DNA of 64,000 nucleotides, taken from a virus. How positions within the stretch are numbered: the stretch's first letter is position 1; each line of letters begins with the position of its first letter. Under the pieces are notes generated by a model. It saw nothing but the letters and a program-made list of their open reading frames with translations. It did no database searches and was not told where the DNA came from. The DNA lies in IMG/VR virus record IMGVR_UViG_3300031616_000003, positions 7,080-71,079 of that record; one strand, given 5' to 3'. The position numbers and the translations under genes were made by a program. Shown one piece after another: positions 1 to 10,428 of the stretch.

Positions 1-2056
1 CGTTCAGGCCCGAGCGGGCGATCATCGCGACGATGCCCTGGCCGGGAGTGCCGGTGCCGCCCCCGCCGGTGACCAGCGTGTAGTGCCGTGACGCCTGGGT
101 GTTCAGCGCCTTCAGCGGCAGCGGGTCCGCATAGGCGGTCAGCGCCCCGGTCGAGTTCTGGTACTTGTCCAGGTAGAACTGGCGCGCGGTGCCGATCGGC
201 GTCAGGCTCGAGCCGCCGGTCCCGGTGTTGTTCCACCAGGCGAACCCCTGGAACTTCCAGCCCTGGGCGCCGACCGTCCAGGTGTCCAGCTCGGTGCACA
301 GCCCGTTGATCCAGGCGGCCCGGGCCGAGCCCGTCGGGTCGGTCGGGATGCCGATCGCGCCCAACTCGGCGAAGATCCGGGGGCGGGCGTCGGTGGTGTT
401 GTTGTAGCGGTAGCCCTTGACGCCGGCCAGGAAGGTGACCGGGTTGACATAGGCCGTGGCCACCGCCGTCCCGTCGCCGGGCAGCCAGGAGTCCATGTAC
501 ATGTCGATGCCGTAGAAGTCCGACAGCGTGGGCCCGGGGTCGTACTGCTGGTAGTTGCCGTTGCCCTTGGTGGCACCACCCTCGATCCACTGCCGGGTGA
601 CGACCGGCCCGACCGCGACCTTCGCGCGCACATCCGCCGGCAGCGTCGCGATGACCGCGTTGTACCAGTTCGTGTAGTTCGTCAGGTAGGTCGACGGGAC
701 CTGCTTGAAGTTGTTCTCGGGCTCATGCCGGTCGGTCAAATACAGCACCACGCCGGGGCGCTGCTTGAGCCAGTCCGGCATGTCGATGATCCACTGCTTC
801 ATCCCGGCGAACTTGCTCGAGTCGCCGTCGATGTTGCTGCTCGCGAACGGCACCGCACCGCTGGTGTGCGCGTACTCGAAGCGGGTGTCATCCCAGGCCG
901 GCGGTAGGCCGTCGGAGTTCGGGAAGATTCGGAACATGCCGTTCAGCGGGATCTGCGCCTGGTAGGCGGGGATGTCCGCCTTCTTCATCGTGGCGCCGAC
1001 CCAGTACGACCAGACCGGGGTGCTGGTCGGCGGCGGGTCCGGGTCCGGGTCGCCCCCGCCGCCGCCCCCGCCGACCGGCGGGGTGGTGCCGTGTTCGGTG
1101 GCCCAGATCGTGTTGAAGGTGTTCAGCGGCTTCGCCGGGATGAGCTTGACCGCGGAGGTGCTGTTGACGGTGCGCTCGTCCAGCGGGAAGTCACGGCGCT
1201 GGCCGACGACGGCCACGACACCGGTGGCCTTGCCCTCCTGGTTCCACCAGATCCAGCCGGCGAAGCTCCACGGCTGGGTCCAGCCGCCCGTGCCGACCTT
1301 CCAGGTCTTGACCTCGTCGTGCACGCTCTGCAGCCAGGTGGCTCGCGCGGCACCGTCGGTGTCGTCGGGCATGCCGATCAGGCCCAGCTCGGGGAACAGC
1401 CGCGGCCGGGTGTCGCCGGCGCCGAACTTGTAGGCCTTGACGTACTGGGTGAAGGCGGCCGCGGTCGGCAGGGTCGACGGGCTGACCACCGCGCTGGCGG
1501 TGCCGGTCGCGACGTACATGTCGACGCCGAAGAAGTCGCCAGTGCCCGGGTCGTACTTCGAGTAGTCGAACTGGCCCTTGGTGCTGGCGGCGTCCTCGGT
1601 CCAGGTCTTGGTCAGGATCGGACCGCATTTGATCTTCGCCCGGATGTTGCTCGGCAGGGTGTTGATCATCGCCAGGAAGGCGTTGAAGTTGCTCTTGTAG
1701 GCGTCCTGGCCGGCCACGCCGGCACCGAGGTCGCCCTCCGGCTCGTGCCGGTCGGTGATGTAGAGCATCATCGCCGGGTCGTCGAGCAGCCAGCTGGGCA
1801 TGTTCAGCAGCTGGTTCTTCACGTACGTCAGGCCCGCGGCGTACGCGTCCACCTTGGTGGACACGAACGGCCAGGTCTTCTTCTCCTGGCAGTAGACGAA
1901 CCGCGGGTCGGTCCAGGCCGGCAGCACGCCGACGTCGGCCTTGCCCGAGACGGTGATCTTGTCCGGGAAGATCCGCATGATGTCGTTGCCGGGGAACAGC
2001 GGCTGGTAGTAGCCGATGTCCTCCTTGCCGATGGACGCGCCGACGAGCAGGGCCAT
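1..2056 (-). CDS. Minor tail protein with two tandem GH26-like (clan GH-A) glycoside hydrolase domains; partial, runs off window start
   Basis: Hand translation from ATG 2056 (MALLVGASIG...), not in the ORF track. Two repeated units each carry LY(I/L)TDRHEPE, DF(F/Y)G(V/I)DMY, F(P/A)ELG and WWN, joined by a G/P/D linker. Follows Dit. Confidence 0.7.
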   Translation of the reverse strand, partial: MALLVGASIGKEDIGYYQPLFPGNDIMRIFPDKITVSGKADVGVLPAWTDPRFVYCQEKKTWPFVSTKVDAYAAGLTYVKNQLLNMPSWLLDDPAMMLYITDRHEPEGDLGAGVAGQDAYKSNFNAFLAMINTLPSNIRAKIKCGPILTKTWTEDAASTKGQFDYSKYDPGTGDFFGVDMYVATGTASAVVSPSTLPTAAAFTQYVKAYKFGAGDTRPRLFPELGLIGMPDDTDGAARATWLQSVHDEVKTWKVGTGGWTQPWSFAGWIWWNQEGKATGVVAVVGQRRDFPLDERTVNSTSAVKLIPAKPLNTFNTIWATEHGTTPPVGGGGGGGDPDPDPPPTSTPVWSYWVGATMKKADIPAYQAQIPLNGMFRIFPNSDGLPPAWDDTRFEYAHTSGAVPFASSNIDGDSSKFAGMKQWIIDMPDWLKQRPGVVLYLTDRHEPENNFKQVPSTYLTNYTNWYNAVIATLPADVRAKVAVGPVVTRQWIEGGATKGNGNYQQYDPGPTLSDFYGIDMYMDSWLPGDGTAVATAYVNPVTFLAGVKGYRYNNTTDARPRIFAELGAIGIPTDPTGSARAAWINGLCTELDTWTVGAQGWKFQGFAWWNNTGTGGSSLTPIGTARQFYLDKYQNSTGALTAYADPLPLKALNTQASRHYTLVTGGGGTGTPGQGIVAMIARSGLN

Positions 2057-2285
2057 GGGTGGTCACCCCGTTTTCGCGGATGGATGGGGCGCGGGGGTCG
2101 CCCGAGGCTGGGAGGATGAAGCGCATGAGACGCGAGCCAGGAAGCTTCTACCGGCTGACGCTGGGACTGTTCGCCGAGACGTATCCGAGCCGCCCCACGG
2201 GCTGGCGTCACGAACGGGCTCGCGCGGCTGTCCGGGCGGTCCAGGCGATCGGGACGCCGGCCGTGGTGCCGGATGGCGAGCCAGG

Positions 2286-3386
2286 TCAGGAGTTGTCGTA
2301 GCGGGGCGTGAACGCCATCCGTACGCGGGTGTTGGCCCCGGCGCCGTCGACCTCCAGGCCGATGACGTTGGGTCCGTCGGTGAGCGGCCACAGCTCGGTG
2401 CCGGAGGTGTTGAACCAGTCGATGAACTTCGACAGGTTCGCGTCGCCGGGGCCGCGCACGGTGGGCCGGTCGGTGGTGATCGTGATGGTCTGCTGATCAC
2501 CCAGCGTGTAGGTCAGCGCGAAGCGGGTGCCCAGGGTCACGTTCCAGGCGCGTAGCTGCGTCATCGGGCCGGTGATGGTCCAGGTCGGCCAGGCGTCGAC
2601 GTCGCCGGTGTTGTTGATCGTGGTCAGCGAGGCGGGGTTGTCGGTGCCGCCGCCGCTTCCGCCGGAGTTGCCGCCCGAGTCCGGGTCGTCGTCGGTCGGC
2701 GGAGTGCCCGAGCCCACCACGTTGCTGCTGCTCAGGCTGATGAACGGGGCGTAGAAGGTGATCGGGTCGTCGTTACCGCCGGCCCCGCCACCGGGGTCGC
2801 CACCGGGGTCGGTCCCGGTGGTCGTCGGCGTGAACGTGCGTTCGGCCACCACGGAGGTGCCGGAGCGCCACTTGCCGTCCGGGCAGTACAGGGTGATAAC
2901 CGGCCGGGCGAACAGGTGGTTCTGCTCGCTCTCGCCGCCCAGGCCGTCGGAGTAGAAGCACTCGATCTCCCGGACGGTTCCCGACGGGCGCTGCACCCGC
3001 AGGATCCCGGGCCGCTGGCGCCGGGTGGTCAAGGTGAACGCCCTCGAGATGCGCCGGTAGCGGGTCACGAACTCGTCGTGGGTCCGGCCGAAGATCTCCA
3101 TCGGCCACTGCAGGACCGACGGCTTGTTCTGGATGGAGCGGATCGCCTCGCCGCCACGCGGCAGGGTATCGGTGGTGATCTCGATGGGGGCCGCGCCCCA
3201 GCCGGCCGGGCCCATCAGGGTGAACCAGCCGAGGGTCTCGCTGGTGTTGCTCAGCGCCCACTCGCGCCCGTCCGGGTCGATCCACGTGAAGACCGGCGCG
3301 CCGACCGTCTCGTGGTAGGCCACGGTGGGCGGGGTGACGATGTCCTCGGGATTGACGACGACCAGACCGCCGGCGAGCAGTGGCAT
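2286..3386 (-). CDS. Distal tail protein (Dit-like)
   Basis: Directly after tape measure; NTGDVDAWPTWTITGP and ELWPLTDGPN motifs typical of actinophage Dit. Confidence 0.8.
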   Translation of the reverse strand: MPLLAGGLVVVNPEDIVTPPTVAYHETVGAPVFTWIDPDGREWALSNTSETLGWFTLMGPAGWGAAPIEITTDTLPRGGEAIRSIQNKPSVLQWPMEIFGRTHDEFVTRYRRISRAFTLTTRRQRPGILRVQRPSGTVREIECFYSDGLGGESEQNHLFARPVITLYCPDGKWRSGTSVVAERTFTPTTTGTDPGGDPGGGAGGNDDPITFYAPFISLSSSNVVGSGTPPTDDDPDSGGNSGGSGGGTDNPASLTTINNTGDVDAWPTWTITGPMTQLRAWNVTLGTRFALTYTLGDQQTITITTDRPTVRGPGDANLSKFIDWFNTSGTELWPLTDGPNVIGLEVDGAGANTRVRMAFTPRYDNS

Positions 3387-3455
3387 CCCGGCACCGCCTT
3401 CCTCGACGCAGCGCGGCGGCCCAGGATCGCTCCTGAGCCGCCGCGGGCGATGGGG

Positions 3456-6400
3456 CTAGTAGTTGGACCGGTTGACCCTGTTGAGGGCGTCACGGCGGGC
3501 CTGGACCTGGTTGTACTGCTCCACGTCCAAGGTGGCGTCGCGGAAGTGCCAGTGGTCGGTGTGACCACCCGCGATCGACTCCTTGGCCTTGTCGGCCAGG
3601 ACGGCCATGTTGCTCCACTGCCGGTCGGTCAGGACCTTGTCCGGCGTGCGCCGGCCGTGGAAGACCTGCATGGTGCCGCCCGGCATCTTGCGGGTGTCGG
3701 GCAGCAGGCCGCCGTTCTCGTAGGCCCAGTGGACATGGTTGTAGTGGATCCGTTTCACGGCCCCGGAGTAGACGTGTGACCTACCGTCCTTGATCTGCTC
3801 CGAGCCCATCGGAGAGAAGATCAGCTCGCGGGAGTTCGGATAGTTCTTGCGCAGCCACTCGAACACGTCGCGCCGGGGCGGGACGTCCACCGCCCGGTTC
3901 AGCGAGTGGTACGAGCGGTTGCCGGTGACCGTGATGGCGCCCGGCCGGAAGCCCGAGTTCAGGGCCAGGCCGGGGAACACCGCGCGCAGGACCTGCATCA
4001 TGCCGCCGGTGCCGCCCAGCGCGTTGCTGGTGCCGAACACCCCCGAGCTGGTGGTGCCGTCGGCCGCTTGGCCGCCGCCGGAGAACAGGCCGGTGACCTT
4101 GTCCTTCAGCGTCTCCAGGACCTTGGTCGGCAGCGAGATCAGCTTCTGGATGATCCAGGTGTCCTTGCCGGGAATCTTGTCGAACAGACCCTTGGCCAGG
4201 CTGGTAATCGATCCCAGCGGATCCCGGATGAAGTCCGCCGCCGAGTCGAAGACGTCGGACGCCTTCTTGCCGATGCTCTTGGCGGTCTTCTTCAGCCAGT
4301 CGCCGAACCCATCGCCGGTCTCGCCGCGTCCACCGACCGCACCGCCCCGGGCGAACCCGGGCAGGAACGTGCCGCTGAGCAGGGCCCGGCGCAGGGCATA
4401 GATGACGTCGTGGCCACCGGCGGCCCGGACCTCCCGGTCGGTGAGCACATGCTCGCCGCGGGACAGCCGCGCCGCGATGCTGTCGCTCGTGCCGGTGCCC
4501 GGCCCGTGGACCGCGCCGCCGTGAGCGAACCCCGTCCAGCCCCCCTTCGGAGCCGGGATCTTGACGTTCTTCGGCTCGATGTCGAACTTGTCGGCCAACC
4601 AGTTGTAGCCCTTGAGCAGGCCGTCGTTCAGCAGGGTCTCGACCACGAACTTGATCGGGACGCCGAGCATCTTCTTGAGGCTGGCCCAGATCTCGCCGAG
4701 CTTCTTCATCGCCTTGTTCCAGGTCGGGGCGATGTGCTTGTCGATCCAGTCCTTCATGGGCTGGAAGACGTGCTCGACCAGGGCGTCCCAGGCTGGCTTG
4801 ATCGCGTGGTCGTACAACCACTTGAAGCCCATCCCCAGGAGCTTCAGCGCGATCATGATGATGCCGATGGCGATCTTGATGAAGGCCGCGAGGATTTGCA
4901 CGGCCAGGCCGATGCTGCGCAGGATCGGCCGGATGAAGAACCAGAGGAACTTGAATACCGGCGCCAGGATCCGGACCAGTAGCCAGACGATGCCCCTGAC
5001 CACGGGCATGAACACCTTGTTCAGCAACCAGAAGACGATCACCGCGACCGCGCCGATCACGGTGCCGATGACCTCGAAGATCGGCTTGAGGATGTCGAAC
5101 AGTTCCCTGGCCACGGCCATGATCCCCTTGAAGGCAGGGAGGATGGCCTGGTCGTACAGGAAGAACGCGAGCTGGCCTAGCTGGGCAAAGAACCCGCCGA
5201 CGTTGTCGAGCGAGGGCTTGATCATTTGCCAGAAGCTGGAGAACAGTGCGACCACGGCGTCGAATGCCGGTTTCAGGCCGTCGTTGTAGAAGCTCAGCGC
5301 AGCCTCGACCATGTCGTCGAAGACCGGGCGCAGCACCTTGATCGCGGTCTTGAGGAATCCGAAGGCCGCCGCCGCGCCGGTCTTGATCGCCTCCCAGAGC
5401 ACGCCGAGCTTGCCGCGCAGCGTGTCCGACGAGCCGACCAGGGCCGAGAATGCCACCACGACCACCGCGATGGCGCCGGCGATCAGGCCGGGGATCTCCA
5501 GTGCCGCGATCGCCGTGGCGCCCGCGAACAGCGCGATCGCCGCGGCCGCGGCGGCGATGCCGGCGACGATGGCGATCAGCGTCTTCTCGGGGATCTTGTT
5601 GATCAGCTCGAAGAGCTTGGTGAAGATCGCGACGACCACCGTGCCGACCGGCGCCGCGGCGACGACCAGCTTGCCTACCGTCTTGACGATCTCGCCGATC
5701 AGGTGCATTACCGGCGGGCCGGACTGTCGCAGGTAGGCGATGAAGTCCTGGAAGCCCTTGTTCTTCTGCAGCCCCTCCGACCACTTGCGGAAGCTCTCGG
5801 TCAGCCCGAGGAAGCCCTGGCTGACCTCGCCGGTGAGCGGCGTGAACGCCAGGAAGAGGTTGAGCACCCCCTGGGTGATGTTGTCGAAGGCGTCGAACAT
5901 CAGGAACAGCGTCGGCACCGCGGTGTCGGCGATGTACTGGAAGAACCGGGTGAACGCCGGGCCCTTGAGGCTGGCGGCCAGCTTCTCGAAGATGTCGCCC
6001 AGCGCGCCGGCCACCCCGTGCACGAAGGTGAACAGCGGCTGCAGGTTGCGCTGAGCGTCCTTGCTGGTCTTGCCGATCAGCGACTCCATGGCCCGCTGCA
6101 GCCCGGCGAGCACCGGGTCCGCCGCGGCCCGCAGCGCGAAGAACGCGTCCTTGAGCCCGAAGATGTAGCGGGCGAACTTCTGGGCCGTCGGCGACAGCTT
6201 GGCCATCGCCGTGTTCAGCGCGTCCAGCTGGGAACCGCCGGCGACCGAGCTGCGGTCGTTGGCGGCGGCCAGCGCCCGCTTGGCGCTGATCAGGCTCTGG
6301 GTGGCGGTGAACTCGGCGTACGCCGCGTCCTTCTGCTGGTCGGCGGCCGCCGCACGGGCGTCGTCGATTTTCTGCTGAGCGGCCTTGATCTTTTTGAGGC

Positions 6401-8942
6401 CGTCGCTCTGCCCCCGTTGCTGATCTTGAACCGCTTTGGCCAGGTCCCGCTGAGCCTTCTTGTTGCGTTCGTCGGCGGCGGCGAGGTCGTCCTTGGCCTT
6501 GACGACCTTGTCGGCCTTCTCGATGCCCTGCTGGAACTGCTTGTCCTGCTCGTCGGCCAGCTCAGCGCCCTTGCGCTTGAGATCGTCCATCTGCAGCAGG
6601 CGCTGCTCGTAGGTGATCTGCGCCTGCTCGCGCTCCGCCTCGGACGCGCGCGGGTTGGCCAGCAGCTTGTCCAGATCGGCCTTCGCCTTGGCGATGTCGA
6701 GGGTGTTCTGGCGCTGGTCCAGCGAGTTGCCGCGCAGCGAGGAATTGAGGTCCTCGAGCGCCCGCCGGGCATCGCGGTAGGCCTCGGTCAGGCTGGCCCT
6801 GGCCCGCTGGTCGTCGATGGCCGCCTGGGTGGCGTCGCGCTGGGCCTGAGCGGTTTTTTCGGCCGCGTCCGAGTTGGCGCGGGCCACGTCCAGGACCGCG
6901 TCCTTCTCGTCGACGATCGCGTCCCGGATGGCCCGGCGCGACTTGATCGCCGCGTTGTCGTTGTTACGCCGGGTGTTGGCCAGCGCCATCTCGGCGGATT
7001 TGATCTGGTCGTTGGCCGCGACCACCGCGCTGGCCGAGCGGGCCAGCGCGACATTCGACTTCGCCTGGCTGTCGGAGTACGCCCCCAGCGCCTTGACCGC
7101 GTCGCCGATGCCGGAAAACGCCAGCGCCATGACGCCGACCCCGGAGCCGGCGGCCAGGGCCGCCGTGCCGATCGCGCCGATCGCGCTGGCCGCCGCGGCC
7201 GCCGCCGGCACGATCACCGTGCCGAGCGACGCGCCGAGCGCGATGATGCCACCGAGCCGCGACAGGTTCAGGCTCAGCGCGCCGGCCAGGCCCTTTAGGT
7301 TGGCGAGCGCGCCATCGGTGTCGACCTTGACGGTCGCCTTGTCTTTGTCGATCCGGTTGAGCAGAACGAGAATGCCGCCCAGTTCGGTCGCCGCGCTGGC
7401 GGCGTCGACCCGGACATCGATGTCGATCTTCTTGTCGCGGGAGATCGCTGACAGCCGGCGGAACTCGCGCTCCACATCGTCGGCGAACGTCTCGACGTCG
7501 ACGTTCACGCCGATCTGGATGTCACCCAGCGCCGCGATCCGGGCGCGGATCGCGGCCATCTCCTTGTCGATGTTGTTGGCCTGCAGCTGCACCGGCAGAT
7601 CGACGATGCGGCTGGCGGCAGAGCGAGCGCCCTGCTGAGCCTTGCCCGTCGTAGTGTTGGACAGCATTGCCGCATCGCGGCGCGCCTGCTCGGCCAGCGC
7701 CGCGGCGTGGTCGCGGAGGAACTGGTCCTGGGCGCGGCGCTGGCGCTTGTAGTCCTCGGCCACCGCGGCGTCGTACTGGTTGTTGAAGTCGTCCAACGCC
7801 CGGCGCTGCCGCTTGTAGTCCTCGGCCACCGCCTGGTCGTAGAGATTGCTGAAGTCGTTGCGGATCTTCAGCTGCCGCTTGTAGTCCTCGGCAATGGCGG
7901 CGTCGTACTGCTTGTTGAAGTCGTCGAGCGCCTTGCGCTGGCGCTTGAAGTCCTCGGCGATGGCGGCCTCGTGCGCCCGTCCGAGGTCCTCACGGAACTG
8001 GCGGTCCCGCTTCGCCTGCTCCTTGTAGGCGTCGTCCCACGCCTTTAGGTAGACCGCGGCCTGGTCCTCGGCGGCGCGTTGCTCCTGGGTCTTGATGTCG
8101 TTGAAGAAGCCGCCGGCCTGCTGGCGGGCCTTGTCGGTGGCCAGCGCCAGCTCGATGGTTCCGGAGCGCTCGGTGAACTGGTCGAGCAGGCCTTCGAGGT
8201 TGCCCATCTCGCGCTTGAGGTCGTCGCCGTCGATCTTCACGCCGAGCTTGAGGTTCAGCGGGTTGTTGTCGGCGGTGACGGTGTCGCCGATCTTCAGCTT
8301 CGCGGCGTCCTGGATGCGCTGCTTGAGCGCGGCGACCTGGCGCTGGTCCGGGGTGGAGCCCTCCCGGGTGAGTAGGTCCGGCAGCGCCTTGTCCATCGCC
8401 TTGAGGCGGGTCAGGTACGCGTCGCTGAACGCGTCGCCCGCGGCGAAGCCCCGCTTGCGCGCGGCGTCGACGATGTCCCGGACCGCGCCCAGCTCCTGGG
8501 CGGCGTTGCCGGCGTTGGTGAAGCGGCCGACGGCGTTGACACCCTGGGCGTCCTGCTGGGCCTTGCGCAGCGCGGTCTGCGCGCGCTCGACCCGGGCGAT
8601 GAAGTCCTTCTCGTTGAACCCCTTGGTGACGTCGATCTCGGAGATCGCGACGAGTTCCTTGCGCAGCCCGGACAGGACCCGGTCGCCCTCGGGGATGTTG
8701 GCCAGGCCCGCCCGGACCCGCTTGATCGCGTTGTCGGCGAACGTCTTGCCGAGCACCTGGCCGGCCTTGGCGGTCTCCGCGTCGGCCTGCCGGCCGGCGT
8801 TCTGCATCGCCGTGCCGAGCTGCTTGCCCAGCGACCTGTCGAGGTTCTTCGCGATCTCCCGGGCGCCCTTGGCCAGCAGCGACTCGAGGTTGACGAACGA
8901 AGGCTCGATCTGCAGAAACGCGGTGCCGGCGTCGTACGCCAC
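3456..8942 (-). CDS. Tape measure protein with C-terminal putative Zn peptidase domain
   Basis: 1828 aa, coiled-coil and hydrophobic segments, GPGTGTSDSI motif; C-terminal SYHxxxxAVD...HYNHVH. Confidence 0.95.
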   Translation of the reverse strand: MAYDAGTAFLQIEPSFVNLESLLAKGAREIAKNLDRSLGKQLGTAMQNAGRQADAETAKAGQVLGKTFADNAIKRVRAGLANIPEGDRVLSGLRKELVAISEIDVTKGFNEKDFIARVERAQTALRKAQQDAQGVNAVGRFTNAGNAAQELGAVRDIVDAARKRGFAAGDAFSDAYLTRLKAMDKALPDLLTREGSTPDQRQVAALKQRIQDAAKLKIGDTVTADNNPLNLKLGVKIDGDDLKREMGNLEGLLDQFTERSGTIELALATDKARQQAGGFFNDIKTQEQRAAEDQAAVYLKAWDDAYKEQAKRDRQFREDLGRAHEAAIAEDFKRQRKALDDFNKQYDAAIAEDYKRQLKIRNDFSNLYDQAVAEDYKRQRRALDDFNNQYDAAVAEDYKRQRRAQDQFLRDHAAALAEQARRDAAMLSNTTTGKAQQGARSAASRIVDLPVQLQANNIDKEMAAIRARIAALGDIQIGVNVDVETFADDVEREFRRLSAISRDKKIDIDVRVDAASAATELGGILVLLNRIDKDKATVKVDTDGALANLKGLAGALSLNLSRLGGIIALGASLGTVIVPAAAAAASAIGAIGTAALAAGSGVGVMALAFSGIGDAVKALGAYSDSQAKSNVALARSASAVVAANDQIKSAEMALANTRRNNDNAAIKSRRAIRDAIVDEKDAVLDVARANSDAAEKTAQAQRDATQAAIDDQRARASLTEAYRDARRALEDLNSSLRGNSLDQRQNTLDIAKAKADLDKLLANPRASEAEREQAQITYEQRLLQMDDLKRKGAELADEQDKQFQQGIEKADKVVKAKDDLAAADERNKKAQRDLAKAVQDQQRGQSDGLKKIKAAQQKIDDARAAAADQQKDAAYAEFTATQSLISAKRALAAANDRSSVAGGSQLDALNTAMAKLSPTAQKFARYIFGLKDAFFALRAAADPVLAGLQRAMESLIGKTSKDAQRNLQPLFTFVHGVAGALGDIFEKLAASLKGPAFTRFFQYIADTAVPTLFLMFDAFDNITQGVLNLFLAFTPLTGEVSQGFLGLTESFRKWSEGLQKNKGFQDFIAYLRQSGPPVMHLIGEIVKTVGKLVVAAAPVGTVVVAIFTKLFELINKIPEKTLIAIVAGIAAAAAAIALFAGATAIAALEIPGLIAGAIAVVVVAFSALVGSSDTLRGKLGVLWEAIKTGAAAAFGFLKTAIKVLRPVFDDMVEAALSFYNDGLKPAFDAVVALFSSFWQMIKPSLDNVGGFFAQLGQLAFFLYDQAILPAFKGIMAVARELFDILKPIFEVIGTVIGAVAVIVFWLLNKVFMPVVRGIVWLLVRILAPVFKFLWFFIRPILRSIGLAVQILAAFIKIAIGIIMIALKLLGMGFKWLYDHAIKPAWDALVEHVFQPMKDWIDKHIAPTWNKAMKKLGEIWASLKKMLGVPIKFVVETLLNDGLLKGYNWLADKFDIEPKNVKIPAPKGGWTGFAHGGAVHGPGTGTSDSIAARLSRGEHVLTDREVRAAGGHDVIYALRRALLSGTFLPGFARGGAVGGRGETGDGFGDWLKKTAKSIGKKASDVFDSAADFIRDPLGSITSLAKGLFDKIPGKDTWIIQKLISLPTKVLETLKDKVTGLFSGGGQAADGTTSSGVFGTSNALGGTGGMMQVLRAVFPGLALNSGFRPGAITVTGNRSYHSLNRAVDVPPRRDVFEWLRKNYPNSRELIFSPMGSEQIKDGRSHVYSGAVKRIHYNHVHWAYENGGLLPDTRKMPGGTMQVFHGRRTPDKVLTDRQWSNMAVLADKAKESIAGGHTDHWHFRDATLDVEQYNQVQARRDALNRVNRSNY

Positions 8943-8985
8943 GACCCACCTCCAGGTTCGGGATCAAGAGGTGGGCCGTGCTGCG

Positions 8986-9908
8986 TCACAGCAGCGGCAT
9001 GACCGGTGAGCGCCGGCGCCGGGTGGACATCTCCGCGGCGCTGAGCGCCGAGCCGTCCGGCTGGATGATCATGACCTTGGAGAGGATCTTCTGGTGCTGC
9101 CGGCGTGGATCGCGGATCGCGTCCAGCGCGGTCTCCGGCCGCGGCATCGGCTTGATCTTCGGCGGCTTGCCTCCCTGGGCGGCGATGACCGCCTGGATGA
9201 CATCGCCGAGGCGATCCACCAGCGCGGTCAGCAGCTCCAGCTCAGGCGACCAGTCGCGCATCCGCACCGGGCTGCCCTTGGGCGTGGGCTGCTTGGCCGC
9301 CATCTCGGCGACCTCCTCGTCGAGGCTGACCGCCTCCACGTACGCGGAGTTGCGCGGCAGGTGGTCGATGCGGCTGAGCAGGTACCGCCAGCGGCGCTTG
9401 CGCCACAGCTCACCGAGGTTCTCGCCCCGGTTGGCGAGGTCGTTCTCGATCGGCCCTGCGTACCGGTTCAGGATCGCGCAGAGCCGGCGAGTTCCCCCAG
9501 GTCGGTCAGCCCGAAGTGCCGGGTGTAGTCGCGGATCAGCTTCTTCATCTTGCCCACCGGCAGGCGCTTGGAGAAGAACTCGTCGCGCTGCTCCGGCTCG
9601 ATCAGCACGTGCATCATCAGCCGGGGGTTCTCCTGGCCGATGACGATGTCCTGGAAGTCGACCTCGTCGGGGTCCACCATGCGGAAGAACTGGTCCTCGT
9701 GCTGGAACCAGAACTCCTCAGTGGGCTTCTCCTTCTCGTAGGTGTCGAGGTTGGAGGACAGTTTCACGCCGGCGGGCAGCTGTGTGATCTTCCCGGCGAC
9801 GTCGCTGAGCGTCTCGTTGCCGCTGAGCTTGTCGGCCAGGCGCGCGGCCTCTTCGTCGGCCGTGGCCGGCCCCGAGGCGATGGCGGCTGCCGTGGTCTGG
9901 TCGGACAT
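8986..9908 (-). CDS. Tail assembly chaperones G (9468-9908) and GT (-1 frameshift, ends 8986)
   Basis: GGGGGAA slippery site at 9492-9498. The -1 frame reads GTRRLCAILNRY...WRYLLSRIDHLP into ORF 8986..9339. Lies between major tail and tape measure. Confidence 0.9.
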
Positions 9909-10000
9909 GGGTGTGTGCTCCCTGCGTCGGGTGGGCGATGTGCTGGAGACGCCACGGCCCCGGGCGCCAATGGAGGACGTCCGGGGGCCGTGGCGGTGGA

Positions 10001-10327
10001 TCAGGAGTTGGCGGCGGCCTGGCTCTTGGCGTCCGCCCGGGCGCCGGCGCTGCCGGCACCGGTCGACGTGCTGGTCTTCTTGCCGCTGAGCGTGTCGGTG
10101 TCCGCCTGCTCGGCGAAGGCGCGCTGCGAGGTCGGCACGACATCCGTCAGTCCGGACTTGACGCGCGGTCCCGCGGTCTCGTCCTTCTCGGTCGGGGCGC
10201 CCTTGCTGCCCTTGAGCACCCAGCCGGTGCCCTTCAGGTTGACGTGATCGCTCGGCAGGGTCGCGGTGCGCTCGATGAGCCGGCCACGTTCGCCGATCTT
10301 GACGTAGACGTTCTCGGACTCGGCCAC
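10001..10327 (-). CDS. Hypothetical virion-region protein
   Basis: GTG at 10327 with AAGGAG RBS. Confidence 0.7.
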   Translation of the reverse strand: MAESENVYVKIGERGRLIERTATLPSDHVNLKGTGWVLKGSKGAPTEKDETAGPRVKSGLTDVVPTSQRAFAEQADTDTLSGKKTSTSTGAGSAGARADAKSQAAANS

Positions 10328-10428
10328 GGCCGGGCTCCTTCCGTGTCTAGGTGGGCTTGTCGGATTAGGAGGGCCGGGGCAGCTCGCCCACCCAAGTTCG
10401 CTGCCCCGGCCCCGTTCAGAGGGCCAGG

